Source: Chiloscyllium plagiosum
Taxonomy: Eukaryota
Direction: 5' to 3'
DNA: 35,593 nucleotides
Assembly: GCF_004010195.1 (NCBI RefSeq)
Contig: NC_057760.1
Coordinates: 2,798,413 to 2,834,005 of the forward strand
The position numbers and the translations under genes were made by a program. Positions 10,641 to 21,519 of the stretch are shown in pieces (the stretch's first letter is position 1; every line of letters starts with the position of its first letter). A model generated the notes under the pieces. It was not told where the DNA came from. It did no database searches and saw only the letters and a program-made list of their open reading frames with translations.

Positions 10641-11494
10641 GTGGGAGATACGCCCTTACTCACTACAGGATTGTGAAAGGCAGCAGGACAGAAGGGGTTT
10701 TTGGGGTTCAGAGTGAAGTCTGGCTGACTGTCACCAGCCTGTATTTGTTATCTGGCCTTCAATGCCGTTAGATCCTCCAGGCCAAATTACTTGTTAATGT
10801 TTTCTCCCACCACATGGCATCAGCTAAGTGTACTAGATTGGCTCAGTAGAAGCTCCATTCTGAAACCAGAACCTATCGTCTCTGCACTTCTCTCCAATGC
10901 TGGCCTGTCAAAGGGACGAGTTATTGGACAGTTCCTCGTATGGAAAGAATCCTCCATCAATTCTGTCAGAGTCAGCCTTCCTGTGTATATGTGCTTTTGG
11001 GGATGGGTGTTGGGGCTCTGCCCATTCTGAAGTAGCTACAGGAAGGCAGCTTGTAACTGCCCTCTTGTTTCTTGGGTGCTCCCTGAGGCATTTTACACAT
11101 TCCATGTATTTTGTACAGTATAACGTAGACAGAATTGGAGTCCCTGCTGTTGTCTGGGCTGTCCGAATTTGCCAAGAGGTATGTTGTTGAGTATCACAAG
11201 ATGGCTATTCTAACTGGAGAGGTGTCACTCCGAGAGAAGGGGGCACAGAACTGTTTAGGATTGTTCTCCTGTCAGGACAGTACTTGTGCTGAAATGCTGC
11301 GTCCTTTGTCAACGTAGCCAGCTTTGTATTATCCCGGAGTTCATGATGTTAAAATTAATCACTGCGAAATTATCTCCGAGATAGGAGTCAAGCTTTCAAT
11401 CAGGAGCTGATACATCTCCACTAGATCTGGTTCATGGACTGGACACAGAGCAGTGATGAGCAATGTGCTCAGCTTTTGTTTTAATATAAGCTTA

Positions 11495-11770
11495 ACTTAG
11501 ATACAGAGTAAAGCTCTTTCTAAACTGTCACCAGCAAATACTCCCCAAGACAGGTATAGCACAGGGTTAGATACAAAATAAAGCTTCCTCAATACTATCC
11601 CCATCAATCATTCCCAGGACAGGGACAACATGGGGTTAGATACAGAGTGAAGCTGCCTCTACACTGTCCCCCCATCAAACACTCTCAGGGACAACACAAG
11701 GTTAGATACAGAGGAAAAGCTACCTCTATACTGTCCCCATCAAATATTCCCAGGGCAGGGACATCCTGGG
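11495..11770 (-). repeat. Same ~61-bp satellite in inverted orientation
   Basis: GGGTTAGATACAGAGTAAAGCT... units, the reverse complement of 8115-8765. Confidence 0.88.
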
Positions 11771-12277
11771 ATAAGATAAGGCAATATTTCAGATAGCCTT
11801 CCTGTGATGTAATGGTTTGAGATTGCTGCTTTGTTTTGTGGTCAGTACACTTTAGAAAGTTCTCCAGCTGCATTTCATGGCTTGCTATGAAAGAAATTTG
11901 GAGAGTTTTTATACGTAAGCAGATTGTTGAGCATTGCTGAAGCTTGGGCTTCATTCAGCAACCCGGAACGATCAGGGCTTGTGCCACTAGACTGGTCTCT
12001 GCTGAAAGATCACTGAGGATGGGAAGGTGCTGTTAGCTGCATTCATTGCCAACTGGCTTCCCAGCCTCTGCAGTGACACGGTCCCAGAGTACATGGTGTG
12101 GGTCACCAGATTGTGAAATCCCAGCTCGTGCTTTGTTTCAGCTGGTGCATTGCTGCTGCAACTTTGAAATAGGCATAGGTTAGTGAGTATGTATTCACAA
12201 CTGCAACCTAGCAACGGGATGCTGCAGTAGGAAGCATTGTTACTGCTGCTAATGCTGCTGCTTTTTTCTGCTCATAG

Positions 12278-12387
12278 CATGGACCCATTCATATGACTAA
12301 TTTAGGTACAGGGTCCTCTCAGACCGGACGGAGTGGAGCTGGTATGGTCTTCGCTGATCCCTGCGGCAGAGCCAAGGAGAGGGACAG
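12278..12387 (+). CDS. KHDC4: KHDC4 coding exon (exon 12 equivalent)
   Basis: tcatAG|CAT...AG|GTgggt. Encodes HGPIHMTNLGTG...KERDR. Confidence 0.94.
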
Positions 12388-13055
12388 GTGGGTTTCTTCC
12401 TGCGTTGTGTTTTATTTGAGCTACCACCAGGATACATTGCCATGGTGCCCCTCTGATACCCACTGGGCGGTGTGGTGCCAATCCCCTATTGAGTGCCTTT
12501 GTCTATCAGTTCAGCTTAGCCAGTACCCCACTGTAATACCTGAGACCTTTCCTGGTGTGAAGATCAGAAACCAGATCTCAGCCTTTTCTGAGTTTTAGCA
12601 ATCAGATCTGGGCGACCTAGCCACCCCTAGATAAAACGGAGGGAATCCATAAGGACCCCTCAGCTTTGAGCATTCGGTCTGAACTGTTGATGCTTCAGTT
12701 CACCACTCCAAACTCTCACGGGGTGGGGCACACAGCTTCAGATGCCCTGGTCTAATCCCTTTGTGCTCCAGGGTTAGATTCGCTGGTGTTAGAGATGGTT
12801 CCATCCTGAGATTCATTCAGCTGGTAATTCAGAAGACCTTTTGTTTAGACTCTGCTGGATGGAGTGTTTAGCCTGGAGCTGTACAGACAGACTGCATTTT
12901 GTAAAATGTGAATGCTTGGTAGGGACTTCAGGGCCGATTCCAACTCTCTCACTTTTCCTCAAAAGGTCAGAGCTAGCCGGTCACCCCAAACCCTGGGTAT
13001 GGACCCCTGGGAGATCAGTGACTTTCTCGTTGTTTGGGAATGGCTCAGTGCTCTA

Positions 13056-13378
13056 GGTAGCGGTAACTCCACGCAGGGATGTGATCCCTCTATCCCAGGT
13101 AGCGGTAACCCCATGCAGGGATCTGATCCCTCTATCCCAGGTAGCGGTAACCCCACGCAGGGATCTGATCCCTGTATCCCAGGTAGCGGTAACTCCACGC
13201 AGGGATGTGATCCCTGTATCCCAGGTAGCGGTAACTCCACGCAGGGATGTGATCCCTGTATTCCAGGTAGCGGTAACTCCACGCAGGGATGTGATCCCTG
13301 TATCCCAGGTAGCGGTAACTCCACGCAGGGATGTGATCCCTGTATCCCAGGTAGCAGTAACTCCACGCAGGGATGTGA
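13056..13378. repeat. 42-bp minisatellite, ~7.7 copies
   Basis: Unit GGTAGCGGTAACTCCACGCAGGGATGTGATCCCTGTATCCCA. Confidence 0.95.
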
Positions 13379-13617
13379 ACACTATCCTAGAGTGAGAGCT
13401 GGTGGGTGGAATTCTGTGCTCCATGTGGAGCCTCACCATGAATAGCTTTAACGGAAACTCTGTTGTAGCTCCGTTGTTACCCCAGTACAGAATTGTCATG
13501 TTGATTTTGTGGCGATTATGTTTCCATAAATCTCCACCTGTGAAATATGTTTGTGCTTTGTTGACTGTCCCAATGTTAGATTTTGTTATTCATGTTCTCC
13601 TCTCTCCCCCCACCCAG

Positions 13618-13709
13618 GCAGCTGATGCCCCCACCACCACGACTTCTCAACGAAGGATTCGTGCAGCCAGAAGATCAGTGTGGGATGTACAGACCTCCAG
13701 CGTCTCTGG
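13618..13709 (+). CDS. KHDC4: KHDC4 coding exon (exon 13 equivalent)
   Basis: acccAG|G...G|GTgagt, 92 nt. Starts with the conserved QLMPPP. Confidence 0.9.
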
Positions 13710-14899
13710 GTGAGTGGGCTACTTAGTCCCCAGCACAAAATTGCTGCAAGGTCATGATGGGTGTGAGAGCTGGGATTTCTAAGGAGCTCTCTGTTCACCC
13801 TATCTCTTGAGAGGCTGCTGTTTCCTTGCAATGACTGAATTAATTAGTAGGCCCTTTTCACCAAACCTAACTTGTCTTGCTGTCAGGACCTTAGTTCCAC
13901 TTTTCTAGCCCAGTAAGGGTTTGTTCTTTGAAATGTAGACTTGGGTTCCTGAAGAGAGATGATAGGAGATGATTCTGACTGCGTACTCCATTAATAGTGC
14001 ATCTCAGTGACCAGCGTTATGGCCAAAGGCTGAGATTCTCCCAATCTATTACACCCACGATTCTGAGGGATCACAGCTGACCTGGGTCCCAACCCCAACT
14101 TGGTTTTTGAAAGCTGTCAGGAATTATGGGGCCACTGCCATTTTGTTGAAAGGATATTTCTAATTTTATGTTAGCCTGTTAGTGAAGGAGCATTTGTATC
14201 TTCCTTCCTGATAGGGTGGCTCCACTTTCAATCTAAACTTTACCCTTGACTTGCCAACCACCAGAAATGATTCATTCTATCTGTTCCCATTCATATTCTG
14301 ACAACTTTAATCAATTCACTGTTAAACTGCTGAAATTTCAAGGTATGCAATCTTACTTTGTGTCATCTTCCTGGGTAAATTCAGTCCCTTTGAGACCTGG
14401 TGAATCTTCCAAAGGCATGGAGCCCAGGATTGCATACTGTGACTCAGGGCTCTGTATCATTGTGGTGTGGTACAGGATATGCCTCTGTATTCCAGGTCAG
14501 TCGACATGAAGGCTTGCACTGGATTATTGCCTGTATCTGTTCACAATTTATGGATCTGTCCTTGGGCCTTGTTCAGTCTCTCTGAGCCTCCACTGTTATT
14601 AACAGAGTTTGAATTGCTTTTGGTTCAAATTTGGTTGGAATCAGTTTGCTGCAATTCTGCCTATTCACTGGACCCATTGTTTTCACTTTGTCATTCATGG
14701 TGTATCAACACTGCTCAGAGTGCAGCTTACTGTCACATCCACAAATCTGGACAGGAGACTTCCTACCCCTCCAGAGTGATTCACTGGCACCCCAACACTG
14801 AGCTGTTTGGGAAACCACTCGTCTACCTGTCAGTTTCAGAATTTACCCAATCCCCAACTCTGTTCCCCGTCACTCAACTAATTTCCAACATGGTAATAA

Positions 14900-16310
14900 C
14901 ATTCCTTCAGGTCTCTGAGCAGCTCTGTGCTGACTCAGTGTCAACACAGGCTATACCTGACAATGTGGAACATTGCCCAGGTATGTCCTGTATACAAAAT
15001 CCAACCCGGCCAATCACCACCCATCAGTTTAGTCTCCATTAGTAAAGTGATGGAAGGTGCCATCCACAGTGCTATCAAACAGCACCTTGCTCAGCAATAC
15101 CCTGCTCAGTGGTGTCCAGTTTGGGTTCCCCCAGGGTCACTCAGCTCCTGACCACAATATAGCCTTGAGTCAAACATGGACAGAAGAACTGAATTCCAGA
15201 GGGGAAGGGGAGAGGGACAACCCTTGATATCAAGGCTGCATTTAACTGAATGGCACCAAGGAACCCTGGCAAAACTGGAATCGATGGGGATTGGAGTGGG
15301 GGCAAACTCTGTGGTGGTCAGAGTCATACCTGGCACATGGGAAGATGGTTATAGTTTTAAAGGTCAGTCATCTCAGCTCCACAATATCTCTGCAGGAGTT
15401 TCTCAGGGGAGTGTCCTCGGCCCAACCATCTTCAGCTGCTTCATCAATGACCTTCCCTCCATTAGAAGGTCAGAGGTGGGGATGTTTGCTGATGATTGCA
15501 TAATTTTCAGTGCCATTCACCACTCCTACAGATATTACTAATACAATGCTAATACAGCAAGATCTGCACAGTATTCACGCTTGGGCTGACAAGTTGCAAG
15601 TAACATTAATACCTAACAGGGCCAGGGAGTAACCATCTCCAATAAGAGAGAATTTCCACTTGACATTCAGTCTGATTGTCATTGCTAATCCTTTACAACT
15701 GTCCTGGGGATTGACTAGGAACTGATATATAAATAAGGAACTTATATAAACAAGTCATATAAATACTGTAGATGCAGGAATAGGTCAGAGACTGGGAATT
15801 CTGTGCCAAGTAATTGCCTTTTGATTCCCTAACATCTTTCTACAAAGCACGAGGTGAGTGTGATGGAGTGCTCTCAACTTGCTTGAATGAGTGCAGCTCC
15901 AACAGCACTCGAGAAACTTGGCATAATCCAAGACCTAGAAGCCCGCTTGATTGGCACCACATCCACATACGTTCCTTCCCTTCACTACTGACGTTCAGTA
16001 ACAGCAGTGTGTACCACCTACAAGATGCACTGGAGCAATTCATCGAAGGTCCTTCTCAATCTGTGACCTCTACCATCTAGAAGGACAGAGGCACAGCATC
16101 GCCACCTGCAGGTTCCCAGTACCATCTGGACTTGGAAATATTGCCATTGTTTTCAGTCAAAGTTCTAAAATTCCTGAACAGTATTGTGTGTATGCCTACA
16201 TCACAAGGATTACAGCAGCTCAAGGCAGCTCACTACCACCACCTCCAGGAATGGGTGGGCAATAAATGTTGGCCCAGCCAGCGATGCCACACCACATCCC
16301 CTGAAAGAAT
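14900..16310 (+). mobile_element. Decayed CR1/L2-clade LINE (RT fragment and 3' tail) in the last KHDC4 intron
   Basis: Contains the RT motifs GVSQGSVLGPTIFSCFINDLP...MFADD with frameshifts, and the 3' tail GGGCAATAAATGTTGGCCCAGCCAGCG. Confidence 0.85.
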
Positions 16311-16350
16311 TTAAATCTTAAACAAAGGACCAAGGGTTCCTTCTCCCATT

Positions 16351-16506
16351 CACTGTCCAGTGATCCTTGGGTCAAGGAGTGAGAGGGGGTGTAAACAGCC
16401 AGAGTACCTGCTCCTGTTCACTGTCCAGTGATCCTTGGGTCAAGGAGTGAGAGGGGGTGGAAACAGCCAGAGTACCTGCTCCTGTTCACTGTCCAGTGAT
16501 CCTTGA
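16351..16506. repeat. 68-bp tandem repeat, ~2.3 copies
   Basis: CACTGTCCAGTGATCCTTG recurs at 16351, 16419 and 16487. Confidence 0.9.
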
Positions 16507-16818
16507 GAGAGTCAGCCAGGGAACTTGCTCACTGACTGGTGTCCAGTATTTAGAGATGAGGAAGTAGAGTAGGAGTTAGTTTGAGGTACCTGATTCAGAG
16601 GAGGGGGGGTAATATTGAGATACCGATTTAGTGAGGGGACAGGTACAGAGAGACCTGATTTAGAGAGGGGGCAGGTGTCCAGGTGAATTCTGACTGACTG
16701 ATCACCTGTGTTAAACGCCAGTGTGAAGCGAGAGTTTTTGTCAGTCTCATGGGTTATTTTGTAAATCTCCTCGGTCACCCAGCCTGACAAATGGCACGTT
16801 TATCACTGATGGATTGTG

Positions 16819-16872
16819 TTCTAACATCACCTTTTCCTTTTTTGTGTTTCTCTCTCTCTTTCTCTCTTTTCC
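16819..16872 (+). promoter_or_regulatory. Candidate distant branch point (TTCTAAC, A at 16824) and polypyrimidine tract of the last KHDC4 intron
   Basis: Consensus CTAAC is followed by a ~45-nt pyrimidine tract. Only one AG lies between 16783 and the 3' splice site at 17126-17127. Confidence 0.65.
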
Positions 16873-17042
16873 ATGGTTCTGCTGTTGCCGTGGCTGATGA
16901 AACATTGGTTGGCTGGCTGCTCTGTGTGTTGGACAACTGTGGCCCGTGTGCCAAACCGTCATCACATCGACAACTACAAATGGTTCCCAATAACAAACCC
17001 TTTTTTCTTCCCGAGCTTTTTTTTTGGGACTGTTTATTCTAC

Positions 17043-17087
17043 TGTGTGTGTGTGTGTGTGTGTGTGTCTGTCTGTCTGTGTGTGTGT
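17043..17087. repeat. (TG)n/(TGTC)n microsatellite upstream of the last 3' splice site
   Basis: Seen directly. Confidence 0.95.
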
Positions 17088-17127
17088 TTTTGTTTGTGTC
17101 TCTTGTTTTTGTTTTGCCTATCTCTAG

Positions 17128-17333
17128 ATCGTCTTGGGGAGCCCTCGATGAAGATGAGGAGGATGAGTGAGAGGGGATCGCGGCTTGTGTCCTACGGTGG
17201 GGATTCGTCGGATGAGGAAGAAGAACATTCCAGAAGGAGGCAGAGTATGGTGCAGGGCTGGAGTGCAGAGTGCCGGTACACACTACCTCCTCAGCGAGCC
17301 CAGCAACAGATGCCCTTCTGGATGGCACCGTAG
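17128..17333 (+). CDS. KHDC4: KHDC4 terminal coding exon (exon 14 equivalent)
   Basis: ctctAG|AT. Encodes ...LVSYGGDSSDEEEEH...QQQMPFWMAP* (TAG), the conserved KHDC4 C-terminus. Confidence 0.95.
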
Positions 17334-19019
17334 TTGACTGGTTCTTGGAAAGTAAGACTGGGCCCACACTCACCTGAAAGATCACGACGGCCCTCAAAGT
17401 TAATGTGAACTATTGGCATGCAGATTGGCACAAAGACTCTTGGCTGAGTGGAACAGAGCTTCTACCTATGTGGCCATTCTGATGCTGCACGGTTAAGAGT
17501 GTTAGAGCTTCAAACATTATGCTTTTCTTTGGGAGGGAGGGCTGGGAATGTTTACCAAGAAATTGCTTTATTCTCAAAGTTTGAAGTTGACTTCTTTTGT
17601 TTCCCTTGCGGTTTCCCAGGAGTCTCCGGGACTCGTGTAGCAATGTGAGGGTTGGTTTCTGCACATGGGATTGTTGGGTTTGTGTACCTAAGGTTGGAAT
17701 CTCTCTCATTGCCAAGAGGGAGCTGACTCTCGGCAGGGGAATGGATCAAGCTGCACTGACTGACATTAGGGATGTACTTATCATTTTTGCCTATGAGTGT
17801 CTGATCAGAGGCCTTCACAGATTACAAAGTGGGCCTGTAAATGTTGGAAAGAGCGAGAGAGACAGAAGCTCTGGGATGAAGCTGAACGAATAACTAGAAC
17901 TCTGGAGCAGTGGGCAAACTCTTGCAGCTGTGTTCCTTCTTGCTAAGAGTTCGCTTGTTTATTCCAGGCCTTATTCCCTCTACCTATCCAGGTGTGAGTT
18001 TGTAGAGTACATTCCAATCAAAGTTGCTGCTGCCCCGCTAATGTGTCTGTGTATTGCAGGAAGCCTGCTCCTCAAACTCCCTGTCCTGCACCCCCAGTCT
18101 TGCAGATAACAGCTTCTGCGTCGTGTTAGTCTGAGTGAGGTGCCCTGTTCGGTTCACATGAGGTATGTGGCAGCCAGCTGTCTCTGGAGCCCCATCTGTG
18201 ACACAGGAACCCAAACCCATTCCTTCCCTCCTTCTGTTCCCCAGGTTGGATCTGAACACTGCCACCATCTGACCTGAACAGTCTAATTTTATAGACTGTA
18301 TGGTAGTTGGTAGTGCCCTGGCACAGGGCTTAGCCTAAGTTCATAAGAAATAGCAGGTGTAGGTCATGTGCTGCGGAGCCTGCTCTGTCATTTCAGTAAG
18401 GTCACGGCTGATTCATCTGTGGTCTGAATCCCACTTTCCATCCTCCCCCTGTTATCTTCCAATCCCTCATCAATCAAAAGTTTGCCTTTGAACATTTTCA
18501 AACCTCCATGCTGTGGGGAAGTGTTCTACAGACCCAACAGCCCATTGAGAGTAGAAATTATTCTGAAACAAGAATGCCAAGTTTGAGGTTCCCTCCAAGG
18601 GGGAATATTGTCTCAAGATTTGAGGGGTAGATACTGTGTTCTCATAATATCATCTCTTTCTTCTGAACTCTAATACATACAGGTCCTAACGTTTCCTCAT
18701 AAGTTTCATCCCTTGATGTGTCCTGATGGTCAGCTCTGCTTCTCACTGCTGGCATTTAAAGGGCATCACAGCTGCCAGACTACATCTGTTTTGACAGATG
18801 CTGTAGAGCAGCCAGGCAGAGTATTGTACACAAACCCAAGAAACTTCCTGTAGCCCTTCTTCGCAAGGTGGTTGTTTTAAGAGTTATACACAGGGACTGC
18901 TATTGTCAGCTTCTGTCTGTCTTATATTTATCTGTCAAAATGCACCTTCCTCTCCCTACCCTGAATTAGTTCAGACTCGAGCTAATGTGCAGGGCCAAAG
19001 CCAATCTATGAACTCTGCC

Positions 19020-19430
19020 GAGAATGCATTGACAGCTGGGGTCTCTTCTATGAGTCAAGGGGCCTGAAATCCATTCCCTGGAGTGCACAATGTAGGTTGA
19101 CACAGCAGGGGAGCAGTGAGAGGGTATTCTGTACTGTTGGACAGTCAGTACCGAGGGAACACCATGCCGTTGGATTGGTCATCATTTAGATGAGATGTTA
19201 AACCTAACCCCTTGGTAGTAATCTTGAAGATCAGGGAGTTGTCTCTGATGTCCTCAGTCGACATCACACACAACTTAACTTGCCATTGTGATCTTGCTGT
19301 GTACAAATTGGCTGCTACGTACAACATTGACCAGAGTTCCATAAGTACTTTACCGCAGCAGCCAGTGATGGATAATGCTATTGATTTGCATGTTGCCATC
19401 TGGATTTGATCCATTACCTGAGTATGGAAC
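19020..19430 (+). mobile_element. Decayed Deu-domain SINE (SacSINE/AmnSINE-like) in the putative 3' UTR
   Basis: Motifs TTTAGATGAGATGTTAAACC and GATCTTGCTGTGTACAAATTGGCTGC resemble recalled Deu-SINE consensus. Confidence 0.55.
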
Positions 19431-19716
19431 TTTAAACTGTAATGGATTAGGAGCAGCTGTACCTGCCTAACTCTCAGCTAACGCCTTTCCGTTGAGAGTT
19501 GAATTTGAGAGGAAAATGATTATAAAAGTTGTGATTTTTGAACCTGTGTGCACTCCTCTTACCTGCATGCGTGCCACATGCCTTCAAACGGTAATGTTGA
19601 TTAAAAACCTGGGAGTTGGAATAATGAACATTAATTTCTGGCTGTTATAGCCGTGTTGGTTATAGTCTCTCACTTTCTGTAAATATTATGACAAAGTTCT
19701 TACCTTGCCCTTTGTA

Positions 19717-19722
19717 AATAAA
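19717..19722 (+). terminator. Candidate polyadenylation signal (AATAAA) for KHDC4
   Basis: AATAAA in AT-rich context, ~2.4 kb downstream of the stop codon. I saw no earlier AATAAA after the stop, although ATTAAA occurs near 19600. Confidence 0.5.
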
Positions 19723-21325
19723 GTCAAGCTGAATATTATTCTCTAAATTCCTCTTGAACCACTCAGAATCTGCTGAACAGCTCCAACTCGTCTTGAACGA
19801 CACAAAGCAGAGCTTTAATCAGTTGAGTCAGTCAGGTGTTGGGGAAGTTAGAACCCAGCTAATGAGCTGAGTTCAAGTGAGAGGTTAGAGCAGCTTTGCA
19901 GATACAGGAGCAGGGTTCACTTTGGAACAGAGGTAAGTGTGTGTTCCAGAGTTTGGTGAATGGCAGTGGTATGGATTTGTTGGAGGCACTGACCTCTTAA
20001 GTTGCAGTCGTGGCTTGCTGCACATGGCTTTAATCAATGATGCATGTTTTTAATCTGCTGTTCATAGGATATGGGCATTGCTGGGTGGGCCAGCATTTGT
20101 GGCCCATCCCTAGTTGCCCTCATGGTTGGCTGCTACCTCGAAGCTGCTGAAGTCCATGTGGTGTGCAGCTACTCTCATAGTGAGCTGCCTTAACTCCAGT
20201 TATTCAGTAACTGCCCCAACCATTGAATTGAGACCAGCTGCCGGAACTGGCAGAGCAGGGAGTGGTTCCTTCACCCAGCTAACACTGGAAACATCCAGGC
20301 ACCTGTTAGTGAACATCAGGCTGCTCAAAGTGAAGTGTAACAGGTACAGATTGCTATTTTCAACTGTGTAGTGAATTGTTAAATATAGCCACATTATGTT
20401 CTGACAGAATATAGTCATAACCTGCCATGCTGTAAAGTACTTAGTACAATTAGCATCTTCAAGACAGGGTGCTTTTTCCAAACAATTTTATTTTACCAAA
20501 GGAAAATAATCTAGATGAAGATAATTGAAGAAAGTGATTCTAATTCTAGTAGATAAGTAAATGTTGGCAACCCTTTGTTTTGCTGCAAGTGTGTCCACGT
20601 TAAGAGCCACTGTTACCTGGGTAGAAGTAGAGCTGGATTCCTTACTTCATCCATTAAATTAGTGGAAATGAAACTAGTGCAGAGGGATTATGAAGCCTTA
20701 CTGAGCTGTTCCCCAGGCCAGAGAGGGTGGCTCACATAATAGGAAGAGATTTGTTCTGTTCTGGCCATTCAAGACTATGATGGTTCATCTGATGCTGTGA
20801 CTTTCCAGAAACTTTTCCTGTGAGATCTGTGGAATAGACTGGACACTTCTCCCATTTCTGTACACAGCCAGGGAAAGTGAGGGGTAAATATGCAATAAGT
20901 AAAACAATTGTTTGCTAATTCAGCTCTGTCCCTGCAACAAGCTTCATTTATCTAGCACCTTTGGTCAACGTCCTAAGGCACTTGAGATGTAATCAAGGTT
21001 CAAAGAATGATATAGCAAATGTGGTCAATAAGATAAATTTTTAAAGAGGTTCTTGGCGTCGATGAAGCAGTTTTGGCTGGGAGTGGCTGCAAAGAACTTC
21101 AGGGGAGGTGAATGCATACAAACAATTGGGAGCCAGCGTTGATTAGGCTGCTTAGGAATGATAGGTGAGTGGGATAGGACATGAGCAGTAGGGAGGAGCT
21201 AAAGTTTATAGGAGGTCTAGACTGAGAGAGATATGGCTCCTTGGCTTCAGAGCAGATAGGCCAAGACTGGGTGTGGTCTTGTCACAAAAAGAGACAGTAA
21301 CCAGTGCAAGGAATGGAATCAACTA

Positions 21326-21519
21326 GGAGAAAGTGAGGACTGTAGATTCTTGAGATCAGAGTCGAGAGTGGTGCTGGAAAAGCACAGAAGGACAAGCAGC
21401 AGGAGAATTGATGTTTCGGGCATAAGCCCTTCAGGAATGAGGGGCTTATGCCAGAAACATCAATTTTCCTGCTCCTCGGAGGCTGCCTGACCTTCTGTGC
21501 TTTTCCAGCACCACACTCA
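21326..21519. mobile_element. Palindromic non-autonomous element, probably derived from Penelope-like terminal repeats
   Basis: Arms GTGGTGCTGGAAAAGCACAGAAGG and CCTTCTGTGCTTTTCCAGCACCAC are inverted around ~21436. Each arm has a decayed hammerhead-like TGA.GGGCTTATGCC.GAAAC.TC. Confidence 0.7.

Noticed and set aside
12912..13499. Overlapping repetitive ORFs on both strands, and a CRISPR-like look
   Set aside because: This is a 42-bp tandem repeat without unique spacers in a eukaryotic intron, with no cas genes.
14467..15042. 191-aa ORF in the last KHDC4 intron
   Set aside because: It has no recognisable domain and its 3' part runs into a decayed LINE.
16791..17127. N-terminal extension of the 180-aa ORF into the last intron
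   Set aside because: It is low-complexity pyrimidine/TG sequence whose lack of stops partly follows from AG depletion. KHDC4 homology starts at 17128.
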